A stretch of 64,000 bases of DNA from Azolla caroliniana (taxonomy: Eukaryota > Plantae > Polypodiophyta): NCBI GenBank assembly GCA_043228905.1, contig JBHGNT010000009.1, positions 21,638,001-21,702,000 of the forward strand, read 5' to 3'. Below are positions 27,498 through 47,412 of the stretch, piece by piece (position 1 is the first letter of the stretch; each line of letters begins with the position of its first letter). Both the position numbers and the translations under genes were made by a program. A model generated the notes under the pieces. The model saw only the letters and a program-made list of their open reading frames with translations, did no database searches and was not told the DNA's origin.

Positions 27498-29049
27498 ATG
27501 TGCTAAACACTTTCAATCTAGATCACAAACATTCTCACATTTTGTACCATACTTTATATCATTCATAACCATGCTTAATCGAGCATTCCTTTTAGACATT
27601 TGAGTATATTGAACCACTTGTATCGCAATTATATAGATATAGCTAAGCGTATGAAATTTCTCAATTTAAAGTCATTTCACATTATATTCGTCTATTTTGG
27701 TCGATAGTTAGATTCCAATGTGTAACATATTATGACGATATTTTGCTTTCGAAATACATATGCGGGACTCGTCCACACTTGGTGAAAAAGTATGTTCGTG
27801 GGGTAAGCGATTTTTTCATATCCAACAATGTTTCTCCTAATACTATGTGAAATTAGATTTGAATATAGCTACCTCTAAAATAACTCTTGGTATGTTTAGG
27901 CAAGAAGCTTCATTGATACTTGATGAGATGAAGGTGTGTGTGCCACCTCTTATCCCTCGATATTCTTTTCAAGCTACGTGATTTGTTATTCCATCTTCTC
28001 ATTCTCATCAAAGCCTCATAGTTTTGGTAGATGAATTCCATTCTTTTTTATTGGGTCTTCCCATCCCTTTGCCATATATATTGTTCATTGGACTTCAAGA
28101 GTTTTATCCTTGGGAAGCTTCCTAAAATAGCTAGCCAAAAATCAACTTCATGAGTATCTTGGCTCCTAGGTTCTTTCTCAGCTCAAATCTCACATAAAGC
28201 ATAAACATAGTGTATTGATCACACATTTCTTCTTTTGGCTTCCTCCATGAGCTTCTTCGTACAACCACAACCAAATTTGGTATGAAGAAACCATCAACGA
28301 AGTTAAAGTAATTTTGGTGGAAATCAACTCATTATGTCTTTTGATCTTCTTGGTAATAACACCCAATGAATCTTCAATAAACCCTAGATGTTGGACATTT
28401 GGGAGAAAACCATCAAGTCTTGCCATATAGGAGATTTGAATTCATGTATAGTCCTTCCTAGATTGTCAATAATCATCCATCTAACTAGGTTTCCCACACT
28501 CTCCCCTTTCGGCTTTGGTCTCTTGATCAACATGGTTGTTTTTTCCCAAGACATTGGGACTCTAACATGTTGAGCCTTCCTCTCTAGTGGATCCATAACA
28601 ACAAGATGAGATTTGATGTCCCAATGTCATGATTGTCAAACCGGCTAAACGACCTTTTTGCAGGACCACCGAGGACTTGGAGTAAGGAAGATGGAGTTAA
28701 ATGGTCTATTCTTTGTATCTAGCACGCTAATGTCTATTTGACAATTTCTTTCCCATCCCAATATGCCACAACACTTAATATTAGGCCTGCCACTACACGA
28801 AATAAGGGCTTTAATGATGTCGAAAGCGTAGATCGCTAATTGCGTCGTAGTGCTACGCATGCACATTTTATAGGACAACATGTTGTGTGGCAACACAAAT
28901 TTCTATTTATTTATTTTTAAGTTATAAGGAAAGGGGTATTTATAAACCAACTTTTCATATGTGATAGAGGCTCCAGCCATCAACAAGAGACAATAGAGTG
29001 ATGCCCTCCTTGATTTCTGGGTATGTTTAGGGTTAGGGTGTGTTAGGAT

Positions 29050-29905
29050 TACAAATACACATGGACAAGAACCAAACGTATATATACATATACAGAGTAA
29101 TTAACATACACATAGCGAAACATACATATACACAAATTCATACATCGCCATACATAGAGTAATTAACATACACATAGTGAAACATACATATACACAAATT
29201 CATACATCGCCATACATTTACACACAGGCATACACACATTGATGCACACATATTTATACATTCTTACACAAAGATACTCAGATATATATGTAATTTACCA
29301 ATCACACACATACAATTGTACAAAATTATACATTCATATATTCATATACCACTACAACATTCATATGCTTAGCATATATACAAATTACAATCACATCATA
29401 AATATAGTTAAAGGTAATACATACACGTGGACGGAAAACTAACAAGCGTACACATAACATTAGAACTTTTTTTGCAAAAGTACATACGAACACATACATA
29501 CATGAAGCATACATATACACACATTCATATATCATACACACACTTATTCAATCCTATACAAACATCCATTCAAGCATACACACATTCATGCATCATACAC
29601 ACACTTATTCAATCCTATACAAACATACATGCATATAATCATGCACACACACTTATTTAATTATACACGCATTCATAGAGTCATAAAAACACATTCAATC
29701 ATTTTTAGACATTCATGCACACACATTTGATCAATCATACACATACATACATTCATACAAACATTTTATACACACTTTACACATACATATACACATTCTA
29801 ACATTTATATATTCATGCAATCATACACATTGCACACACAACCTCGAATACACATTCATACAAATTTATATAATCATTATACATTCATGCATACACATAC
29901 ACACT
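29050..29905. repeat. CA/TA-rich low-complexity tract with an internal 62-bp duplication (~29095-29217)
   Basis: agagtaattaacatacacatag(c/t)gaaacatacatatacacaaattcatacatcgccatacat occurs twice, followed by catacaca-type cryptic repeats. Confidence 0.85.
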
Positions 29906-30470
29906 AAAATCCTTTCCATATGTGTTTTAGGTAAATATGGAGCAATATTGTGAACAATTACTGTCAATCATCCCAACACTTCTATTCTCTATACAAAATT
30001 TCATGATGGTGTTAGGGTATATCAAGCAAGATATAACATCATACATGACTCTCTTATGAATGCTTGAGTATGCTGCAAATATGTCAACCAATTACAACTA
30101 ATTGTTTGTCAAATGCTATTCAACACCAACTAAGACAACAAATCAAGTACAACCACCAACACTAACACCATCTCCAAGAAAGCTTATAGGCTTAGTTACT
30201 TTTGAACATGGCATCTTGCTTGGTCATGATCCGTAGTTTCCAAATTCTAGGTAGTTGCATTGTTTATTGCATTCGTTCTTTACCTATGTTCTTAATTTTT
30301 ATTCGAAAATGGGGTTCTCATGTTGTGAACCATTAGGGCTTGAGTTAATGCTTCCATCAGATTGATGGTTTGAATTTCAAGAACCTTTAGTTATATTCTA
30401 AATCATGATGCTTTCTTAATATATTGTATTTTCATTTCTAATTAGGACATACCAAAGGCACACAAGAGGT

Positions 30471-30731
30471 TGTAACCCACCAACTTCTCGTACGGGCTCA
30501 AACCTACAACACCATCAACTTTATTGATGTGGCATGAGCAGGGTTGGTCAAGATTGTGTCATACTACGGGTGTATAATAAACGTATTCACATAGTCCCAA
30601 TTGGACAAACTAGGTTTAGGACAATTCTGTAAATATAGTAAAGGGCAGTTGCCCTAGTTCAGTTCATATATAAACTGAACTTGTAACCTAGTTTGAGAGG
30701 TTGTTGGTTGCCATTATTTTGTACTGTTACA
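30471..30731. mobile_element. LTR-like remnant, followed by a second copia-LTR-like start at ~30735
   Basis: Termini are TGTAAC...GTTACA with an internal catatataaac. No matching TSD. The adjoining tgtgaggatccctgaccggccacaacc shares cggccacaacc with the LTR at 56319. Confidence 0.35.
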
Positions 30732-31035
30732 ATATGTGAGGATCCCTGACCGGCCACAACCAGTTCTCACTAGTGCGTATGCAGGTGCAAACTTGATTAA
30801 ATTGACAAAAAGCACAGAAGACAGAAAACAGAAGTACAAGGACACAAGTATCTACGAAAGTTGAAGGGAGTACAAATGTGCCTTTCCTCAATTGAGTGCT
30901 CGTCTTGCCTATTGGCAATTCCACATGTTCCACTATCTATGTAGTTAGTGGGTGACCATACTCCATTGTTGTGATACCCATTCTAAGTAGTGTTTTTCAC
31001 ACACAAATATTAATATAATTGTGTGTTTATCACCA

Positions 31036-31066
<31 letters not shown>

Positions 31067-31199
31067 AGATTTATTTGAGAGAAATTACAAGATATATCAT
31101 TGTTGCATGGATCGTTGCCACTAGAAACAAATGTTGCACCTTGGGTGGATTGGCGATTACAACATGGTACATGCTTATTACAGGTCACTACAAATATAT

Positions 31200-31420
31200 G
31201 GTATCATCAAGCAATGACATCATTATCTTGGTTATCACCTAAAGCAGGAAAGGTATGGAATGTATGTAAGTTGAATGCAAGGTGGTGGAAAATATTACAA
31301 CGTGGTTGGCATTCCCATCTACCATTTCATGCAAAGGTATTCGTATGGAGAGTCATTATTGGTAGGCTTGCATTAGGTTCAATCTTAAAGCGATGAGGAC
31401 TAGGGACAGGCCATTTAGAT
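31200..31420 (+). mobile_element. L1-type LINE fragment (zf-RVT region of ORF2)
   Basis: WWKILQRGWHSHLPFHAKVFVWRVIIGRLALG matches the W....P.K.K.F.WR....LP pattern of plant L1 zf-RVT. It is followed by an in-frame stop. Confidence 0.65.
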
Positions 31421-32135
31421 GTTAGAGCATGTGAGGATCATTTCCTCAAATGCATATTTAGGTTGTCTAATAGCATTACAAGCCATCCCTCTCCCTACAT
31501 AAGATAGGGTAGAAGAGACTATGTAACTGTGGATTTTACATAAAATTAATATAATTGTCTACGTATACCAAACAAAAAAAAACTCTTGCACTCACACATT
31601 AATTAATATAACTGTATTTTCAATAAATAAAAAGTTCTTGCACTCTTTAAAAATGTAACATTATAAACACTAGCATTGAATTTGATGAGGGAAGGGAAGT
31701 TGTTAGTTACAAGAAGTTGAGTACTAGGCAAATGAAATGTAATAATGTCATAAATATACTCATACAAACCATTGAAAGATTTATTACAAAACAATACACA
31801 TAATTGAGGTTTGACATGTTATTCATTTTAGACAACGCATAGGCTTTATAATTCCATAGACATATATATCCATAATCCTTTTCTCTAAAGTTTAAACAAC
31901 CTATTGCCTACATATATGATTCTATATTGACAGATCCATATTTCCTTTAACCTATTGGCTATATCAGTCTATAGAGATTGTCCATACTTCCTTTACAAGT
32001 TCGTCGCTAATACATATTCATAAAATTGTTAATTTTGTCCCACCCTCACAGCATTGCACCATTCTTTTGAGGTATGATCTTTTTTTACGACGTTTTTGCT
32101 GCATCATAATTCTATGTTTCTTCCTTCCCTATTTA

Positions 32136-39563
<7,428 letters not shown>

Positions 39564-39838
39564 GTGCAGGTGGGTGTGATTCTGCACACACAAGACAGAC
39601 AGAATCAAGGTTCCATTAATAATAGTAGTAGTAGTAGTAGTAATAATAATAATAATTAAATAATAATAATAGCTGCTGACCTCAAGATTAATCTAGAATA
39701 TAAATGAATGCACTTCAATTTGATTTTATTTAAACTGATTTTATGCACTTCTTGTGGGTCTTTTGGTTTTTTCTCTATGTTTTAGAAATTGAAGTTGTGC
39801 ATCTTCATTTTTCTTGTGATCTGTAAAAAAAATTAGGT

Positions 39839-40190
39839 TTATGCTACAAATTTCCGTATAAATGTCCACTATATACGGTATAATAGTAATATATATATAT
39901 ATATACACATATGGTATAGTAATCTATATTATATACCTATGCTACAAATTTGCGTACAAATCTCCACCATATACGGTATAGTATATATATATAGATTATA
40001 TGTATGTATTGCTGTACTCTGGTATGTATGTCTTCAAGAGTGGAGAAAGGCACAATAAGTGAAGCTTGTTTTAGGTGAAGCAAAAGAAGTATACATGTTG
40101 TAATCTGGTATGTATGTGTTGAAGTGTGGACAAAGGCACAATAGCTGAAGCTTGTTTTAGGTCAAACAATAAAAGTATACATACATGTTG
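39839..40190. repeat. Two adjacent short duplications (~99-bp period and ~86-bp period) upstream of the LRR-RLK
   Basis: tatgctacaaattt.cgta.aaat.tccac.atatacggtata occurs twice. tctggtatgtatgt...aaaggcacaata..tgaagcttgttttaggt also occurs twice. Confidence 0.8.
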
Positions 40191-41300
40191 GTATCCTTTC
40201 CATGTTTCATCAACATGTGTTTGTGTATGACGCAACATATGCTCGTCAATGTCTAGGTCATAGTCGTCTCGCTCATCAAATGACATGCGTGTTGCTTACT
40301 TGATTAGAGGGCCATTAGTAATTTAAACTGGCGTAATCTAGGTTAACTTGTTCCTTTAATTTTATTGCGGAAGCATCCTCATCACATCACGTTGTAAGCA
40401 TGCCTTCCACAATTTGGGTACATCGATTCATCTTAAGATTTCCTTGCAATTAGGAGCCCATACTTTGATCAATATATTTCATGATATTGCTCGGTCAGGC
40501 TTTTGCACCCCCTCACTGTGTTATATAATGTCTTTCATGAATCCCATGTCTCTCGCTCGCCCATAAGAGCATTGTTAGTTAATATATACATGTCCTTTTA
40601 TACTCGTTATAAGTACGATGAAAGATGAAAGACTTTTCGCTCTCTTTTTTACCTAGTCCACATGCCTCGTTCAACATCACACTATTTTCAACTAGTATTT
40701 TGTAAGGTTTAATATATTCCTTTGTGTGATTTCTTGGTAGAGAGTCGAGACATTGGTAGATCAACATTTATTTTAATGCCACATTCTTGCGATTTCTCCC
40801 AAAGGTCCATAATCTTTGCTTGTGGAAACATTCGTCAATATTTTACAATATGAACTGAATTTTTTCATATGCCCGTAAAATGAATGACAAATCTAGGTTA
40901 ATTATAGACAATTGGCTAATATTTTTAGTCTGCCATTAAAGAATCTAGACCTTCCATCTAAATCAAACTCAACTTGACCTAGCATGGATATACTTTTGAA
41001 ATGTTCGCCATACAATCAAAACAACTTTACATTAACACTCCCACTGACTGGTCCTCACTTCTTTTTTTCTCATGCACTCTCCCCATCAAGGAGGTAAGTA
41101 CTGGTCATTGTCATCAAAGTCTTCGGTACAACCGTGTTTTTCTAGAAACATCTATGGCTCATTTGTAATTATATCGCATACAACATGCATAAACATGCAA
41201 TTTGGTTGATTGATTAATCTCAAACAAAAGGTGTCCAACATGGAGTATTGTGATAGGGGCTATCATACGAAATTTCATAGCTTGGCTCAATTCTATCAAT

Positions 41301-41574
41301 CATAGTATGAACCATACGTACCATACGTGCATTCGCATTCGCGAATGATTGAACCGTTCGCGTAAGAAAAACACCCTCAAAGAATGATAAATACCATACT
41401 TTTGGATTATCTATTTATTATGAGGTAAATAAGCCTACAAAATGAAAAAAAAACAAAAAAAAACATTAAAAAAATGGGAAAAAAAAACAAGAATGTTTGA
41501 ATAACATTCACATTCGTTTTCCAACTTAGGAAAACGAATGTTATGCTAGACGAACACGAATTTTACATACTATG
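41301..41574. mobile_element. hAT-type MITE (274 bp)
   Basis: TIRs are CATAGTATG (41301-41309) and CATACTATG (41566-41574). A perfect 8-bp TSD, CTATCAAT, lies at 41293-41300 and 41575-41582. Subterminal cattcg/cgaatg motifs are present. Confidence 0.88.
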
Positions 41575-41606
41575 CTATCAATGATCATTTTTCCTTGATC
41601 ACTCAT

Positions 41607-44035
41607 GCTTGCTTGAAATGACAATGTGCTCGCCTTTGGTGATTGCTAATAGTTACATTTTTATGTGATTGATGTTGCTTGTAGCCTACTTTTGTTCCTA
41701 TCTTTGCTATAATAATGTTTTTTCTTGACCGATTATATGTTATGGGTTGTAGAAACAGATTTTCCAAATGATTTAAAGTCATAACGTTTAAAATTTCATA
41801 TATTAATATTTTTTTAAAGCAAATGTAACATCAAACTGATTGTTCTACTAATAATTGCTTTGGTGGTTGGATCTACCTTATCTTAGTTGGGTCTACCTTC
41901 TCTACCACCCTATTTCCCTCAAATAATCTTATGTGTAATAACATTGCCCATTTTCCTTCCCATTTCATGCTATCGCAACATTGTTGTTAGATGATATATA
42001 GGAATGACCAATGACCCAATGCACAATTTACAGTTTTCATTTCCACACAATCATGATGTGGCATATGGAAAAGGAGAAATTTACCAAATTGTCAAGTTTT
42101 ACAATGGATAAAATTAATGTCAAGATTAAAACATTACCTGAGTATCGCTCAAATGGTGAGAGCTAAGTGCAAGCCTATAATGCCATGCAAATACCCCACA
42201 ATATACATAGACCAAGTACTCCTCCCAATGATAAGGACAAACATATGCGGCAAAGGAAAAGCAACGGTGCAAGTTAATAGATAATCCTATGTTTATGCGA
42301 TACGAAACTCTTCAATGATATATCATGAGCAAGACAACTCACTATCAATTGAGCTCGTGTAGACTCAATAGATAGGTTTTGAAGACAAACAAGTTATCAT
42401 GAGAGCATGTGATAGGCTTGTGACAACCAAGATGACATTGTTCTTGATTGTAGACTGACTACACTAGGTCAATGATTATAGACTCACTGCACTAGGTCAA
42501 CGATATCTCCCCAAGCTCATTATTGTAACCATGTCTTGACATGTGTAAACAAGTTCAACCATTTCAAAACAATTCCCCAAAATCATGGTAAATTATGGGA
42601 TTTATAACCCCCTGGTGATTTAAACTACATTATCTCTCTGGCATTTACCTGATTTGGGAGGAATTATAAATATGTACCCAATGTAGTTCTAAGTAACAAG
42701 GAGCAACTTTGGTTCACCGACAAGCCAAACTAGGGAAACTCATTTCACCTCATCCAAAGAGTTATTTGAATCTAGAATTATTTGTAGGTATTTTTACAAA
42801 ATGCACGATTTGAGTCCAATATCTCTACACCCTAAAGTGATTGCCCTAAGTCATATTTATACTTATATGACTTTAGGACTATTTACAAATATGGCCATGA
42901 CAGGCACACTAGAAACATATTTACAAATATGTCCTTGGATCCGGTTCACACCGGATCCATCCGGATACATTCCGGATCCGTCCAGTTTGGTTCCTTCCTT
43001 CGGTTCGTTCGATCTGGCTCCTCTAGTTCTCATCCGGATCGCATCCGAAGGGGCATGGGATGTCTTGTCAATCTGATCCGTCTCTTATACACATCCAGCT
43101 TGGGGGCTGACAACACCTTGGTTAGCATGTCAGACCCGTTCTCCTCCGTATGGATCTTCCTTAGCAAGAACTCTTTATCTTCTACCTTCTCCCAGAGCCT
43201 GTGATATATTCTCTGGATGTGCTTGGTCCGGGAATAGTAGACCGCATTCTTTACAAGGTGGATGGCACTTTGGCTATCGCAGTAGAGCCGGTATTCCTCC
43301 TGTGGGATCCCTAGCTCCCTGATGAAATCCTTCATCCAAATTACTCCCTTGCCGGCTTCCACGACTGCCATGTACACCGCTTCAGTTGTTGATAGTGCAA
43401 CGAACTTTTGCTGCCTCGACTACCATGATACGGCTCCCCCTACAACCAACTTAACCAGTTTTACCCCAAAGGTGTCCCTCAAATTTAGCCCTAGGAACCC
43501 CTTTGTCTTCCCTAACATCCCCTAATTAGCATTACTATAGCTTGATCAACCCTATGAACTCTTGAATCATCCCTATGTTGATTACCCTAAATCAAACCTA
43601 GGAACCCCCCCTAAATTGGCATTAAGACTAATGTGTCGATGAGCAATAGAGAAATTCTCCCGCTTGGTTGAAATGAGAATGTGCTCGCTTTTGGTGATCG
43701 CTAATAGTTATATATTTACGTGTTGGATGTTGCTCGTAGCCTACTTTTGTTCCTTTGCTATAATAATGTTTTTTCTTGACAGATTATATGCTATGGATTG
43801 TAGAAATTGAATTTCCAAAAGATTAAAGTCATGAAGTTTCAAATTTCAAATATTAATGTTTTTTTAAAAACAAATGTAACATCAAACCTATTGTTCTGTA
43901 AACAATTTCCTGGTGGTTGGATCTACCTTATCTTAGTTGGGTCTACCTTCTCTACCACCATATTTCCCTCAGTTAATCTTATGTGTAATAATATTACCGA
44001 GTTTCCTTCCCATTTCATGTTATTGTTGTTTGATG
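41607..44035. repeat. Pair of ~370-bp direct repeats (41607-~41990 and 43661-~44035), about 2.05 kb apart
   Basis: Long shared blocks, e.g. gtagcctacttttgttcct and tggtggttggatctaccttatcttagttgggtctaccttctctaccacc; roughly 85% identical by eye. Confidence 0.88.
42841..43442 (-). mobile_element. Truncated Ty1/copia fragment (RNase H end plus part of the 3' LTR), a relative of the element at 56319-61637
   Basis: Translation reads YMAVVEAGKGVIWMKDFIRELG...LYCDSQSAIHL...SRTKHIQR...NGSDMLTKVL. ttgccctaagtcatatttatact at 42841 matches the LTR at ~56693. The PPT and LTR start are deleted. Confidence 0.88.
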
Positions 44036-45502
44036 ATTTATGGGAGTTACTAGCACCTGGAACAATCCAAATGCATATCAATAATGCAATTACTAGATGT
44101 TAAGCGCTTGGATTGCATCATGTCTAGGCCGAGAGGGAGAGTGCATCAACAAGGATATCTTTCAACTAAGGGACGCATGATTGGGAAGTAGCAAGAAGCA
44201 AGTGAGGGAAGTGCAAGCCAATAGGCAACCAAGTTTGAAATGGCCACATCCACACAATAAAACCTGTATAAACCACACAACCGTGTCTTTGTGAGGGTTC
44301 TTCCATTTGTAAAGATCTCTCTAGTGATCAAGAGCTAAAGCTTCCTCTTCTCTTTCTTGTAATCCTTAAGCTTAAGAGAGATTAGTGATAATGTTTCGTA
44401 GAGAAAGACTAATCTCTCTTGTTGATGCTAGACCTCTTAGCAAGAGGGATAATAAACATATTCTTTATTTCCATTGTCTATGAGAGCGAGTGTGAGAGGG
44501 ATATTACAACACCAACAAATAGACTATCCATCCAAGCCACAACCATCACGAACACGTCACTCGTGCCTCAAACCGATGAATCCCCTAGACAACCTTGAGG
44601 TCGCAGACACCCGATCCCAAAAACTCGACCATTGGTAACAAACGGTCCCAATCCAGTAAACCACACGAGTGGGTGAATATTCATGCCACCTTTGCCGAGG
44701 GACAACGAAAAGGCCAACCAACTATATGGCGAGTGCATAAAGAGCCCACAAAAGCCCAAGATTGGCATGTGGGTATTGCCCAAATTTGGGTACCCAAACA
44801 AAATTGTCTACCTGCAATGAGATCCCGTATTGATGATGACCACCACCACACAACATCAACCATTTAGCTTGTGCAAATCTCAGCCTTGCGTAATAACAGA
44901 CGAACCTGAACAACATCCAAACACTCCGCCAAGGTAAACCCCTTAGGCATCGGCACTACTGGCCACTAGAAAGACCCACGCACCCGGGAACAAGCCTCCC
45001 ACACCCCACTCGTGCCGCAACATCTCTTCATGTCTAGGTCCCTAAAAATACCCGCTTTCTTCTAGGTACCGAGTGACCCTATCCTCTCCTATTCACCCAC
45101 CCATTGGCATCACCCTCGAAACCTACCAACCCACATGCCTGTTGCACAACAACCTGAGGCCATCCCAACCCACAATCGCTAACCACAAAACATTGCCCTA
45201 CCCACCCCCAGGGACGACTCGTGTGGGTATGCAAACCACTCCTTCTTGCATGCTAGCTCCACACTACACCCGGCTAACCCTAACTAGACGGGGTTTCCCA
45301 TTCCTTTTTTTCTTCCCCACCGCCAAGTTTCCCCTCACCCTTCCTATATTCCCTTTCTCCTTTTCCCTTGACGAACTTATGGTTCTTGTATGGTTCTTAT
45401 CCTTATGCATGTGTGTTTTCCCTCTCTCCATTTTTTTTGGTTTCAAAGTCCATTTGCTATTCTGTTTATTTCTTCTTCCTTATTTATTTATTTATTTAAG
45501 TA

Positions 45503-46575
45503 TAGTAACCATTTGGTTAAGTGCGCCATTCTATTAAATGCGTTTTTTTGTTATAGGGGTCAAAATCCTGATCAAGAAATTTACATAGTTTCATGACAAA
45601 ATTACATCAAGCAAAATAGAAATTACTTTCAAAAACAAGAAAATCATCAATAAAAATAGAAATTATGTTCCAAACATTATTTCGAGCTCTCCATTCATTA
45701 GGAAGGCCAAAGCACTAGGAATAAATCCCTCATAAATAAGTGCAATCCAATTAAATGCACAAGTAAAATGCACAAGCAAAATTCCCTATCATTGATTTCG
45801 TATGTTAGGGGATCCAACTGATGCATAACAAACAAAATGCTCTATTAGAAGGTTGATTTCTTTTGTTAGAGGAGCTAATTTCATGTAAAAAGCCCGATCA
45901 TCATAAAAAACATTCATGATTTCTTACGTTAGAGGAGCTAATTTCATGTTAAAAGCCCGATCATCATAAAACAAAGTCATAATTTCTTATATTAGAGGAG
46001 CTAATTTCATGTAAAAAGCCTGATCATCATAAAAAAAACATGATTTCTTATGTTAGAGGAGTCAATTTACATATAAATATGATGACTTCTATAACCAACA
46101 TTGTCAAATCAATCTTTGAAGAGAAATAAAAATTTATTCAATTTACAATTGCAATGTTTGGAAATTACTATTACGTTTTGAAATTTATGTTAAAAATCAA
46201 TGCTTTAATAGAAACCTTCTCAAATGTTTATAAAAAGCTTCCCAAATTTCTATTACAAATCAATTTTTAATAGAAACCTTCACAATGCTTTCCAAATATT
46301 GACAAATTTTTGTTATAATTATGCATATTTTCAAAAAACATGGTTTACACATAGTACATTAGAAACCTTCATGCTTGCAACACAATCTAATAGGGATGTA
46401 TGCATCAACGTGGTCAATAACAACGTGGGGTGGGGGTGTGTTTTCTGAAAATGTGTAAAGAAAAACATTTTGGGGAAATATTTTTTTTTGTGTGTAAAAA
46501 ACCTTACGTGCGTGCCTCGGTTAAGTGCGCACTTTTCCCTTGAGTTCAAAGTGCGCACTTAACTAAATGTTTACT
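45503..46575. mobile_element. Non-autonomous pogo/Tc1-mariner-like element (~1.07 kb)
   Basis: ~24-bp TIRs: tagtaaccatttggttaagtgcgc vs the reverse complement of the right end, agtaaacatttagttaagtgcgc (decayed CAGT termini). TA flanks lie at 45501-45502 and 46576-46577. An inner inverted copy of gttaagtgcgcacttt is at 46520-46535. Confidence 0.7.
45854..46075. repeat. ~62-bp tandem repeat, about 3.5 copies, inside the pogo-like element
   Basis: Units start near 45854, 45917, 45980 and 46041 (atttctta.gttagaggagctaatttcatgtaaaaagcccgatcatcataaaa). Confidence 0.9.
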
Positions 46576-47412
46576 TATTTCTTAGTCATATATATTTTCT
46601 ATTCCCTTTATGTTTCCCCTGTGTTTTTTGTTGCCCTACTCGTTTATTCCTCTTCGTTTTTATTGTCCCTTATTATCATTGCCGTAGAGCTTATTCCTAG
46701 TAGCCCTCACCTCTAATATCTGCATACATGTTTGTATTCTCTGTGTGTGTGTGTGTGTGTGTCACTCTCCTTGCCTCTTCTTGCACTCCTTGTATGTACC
46801 TCGTCTCTGCATTCTTTGCTCTCCTTACCTCTTTTTCGCTGTCTACTACGAGTCTCCCTGTTACACCTAAACACTATCTTGGCGAGTTCGTTAAATGGGC
46901 CAACGACCCTCATTGATTCCATTGGGCTCGCGAATTACACAAGGAATGAAATGATGAACACAGCCAAAACTAGTCATCTAACTTCGCTTGGTTCCTCACA
47001 CGCTACCTCCTGCACGAAATTCAACATTGGACCCCCTGCGCCCCCTGCGCCCCCTGTGCCCCCATATTCGCCTTGTCAAGAACGTTATTGTATCATCGCA
47101 ACCCCGAGCGCAGATGATCCCAATGCCTGTTAACTGCATCACGTATTGCGAATTCCTGCGTCAAGTCCACCTGAACCAATGTGCACGATGCCCCTACAAC
47201 CAACAACCCCCCTGTGACACGTGGTTGTGGAACAGGCGTATGACACCGTCGATGATGTTACGAGGTGTACGAAGCAGTTCCAAGCGCACGAATTCACTCA
47301 TGAAGAGGTAAGGAATCTCTCCCATTCCTTCTATTATTTCTCCCCCAGAATCAGTGTGTTTATTGCACATGTGAAGTATGTCGAGCAAATGGGGAGGATA
47401 ATAGGTGTAATA

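Noticed and set aside
40200-41100. Coding-like decayed segments (also 1-540, 4450-4760, 21950-22400, 28000-28900, 44520-45290)
   Set aside because: All frames are broken and no motif could be recognised with confidence. They are probably old TE debris.
44098-44510. Possible solo LTR (TATA-like tgtataaa, ends in attaca)
   Set aside because: I found no matching 5' terminus or TSD, so it is too weak to call.
47309-47349. Apparent GT-AG intron upstream of copia-1
   Set aside because: It is only ~41 bp long. A frameshift within a continuous decayed ORF explains it better.
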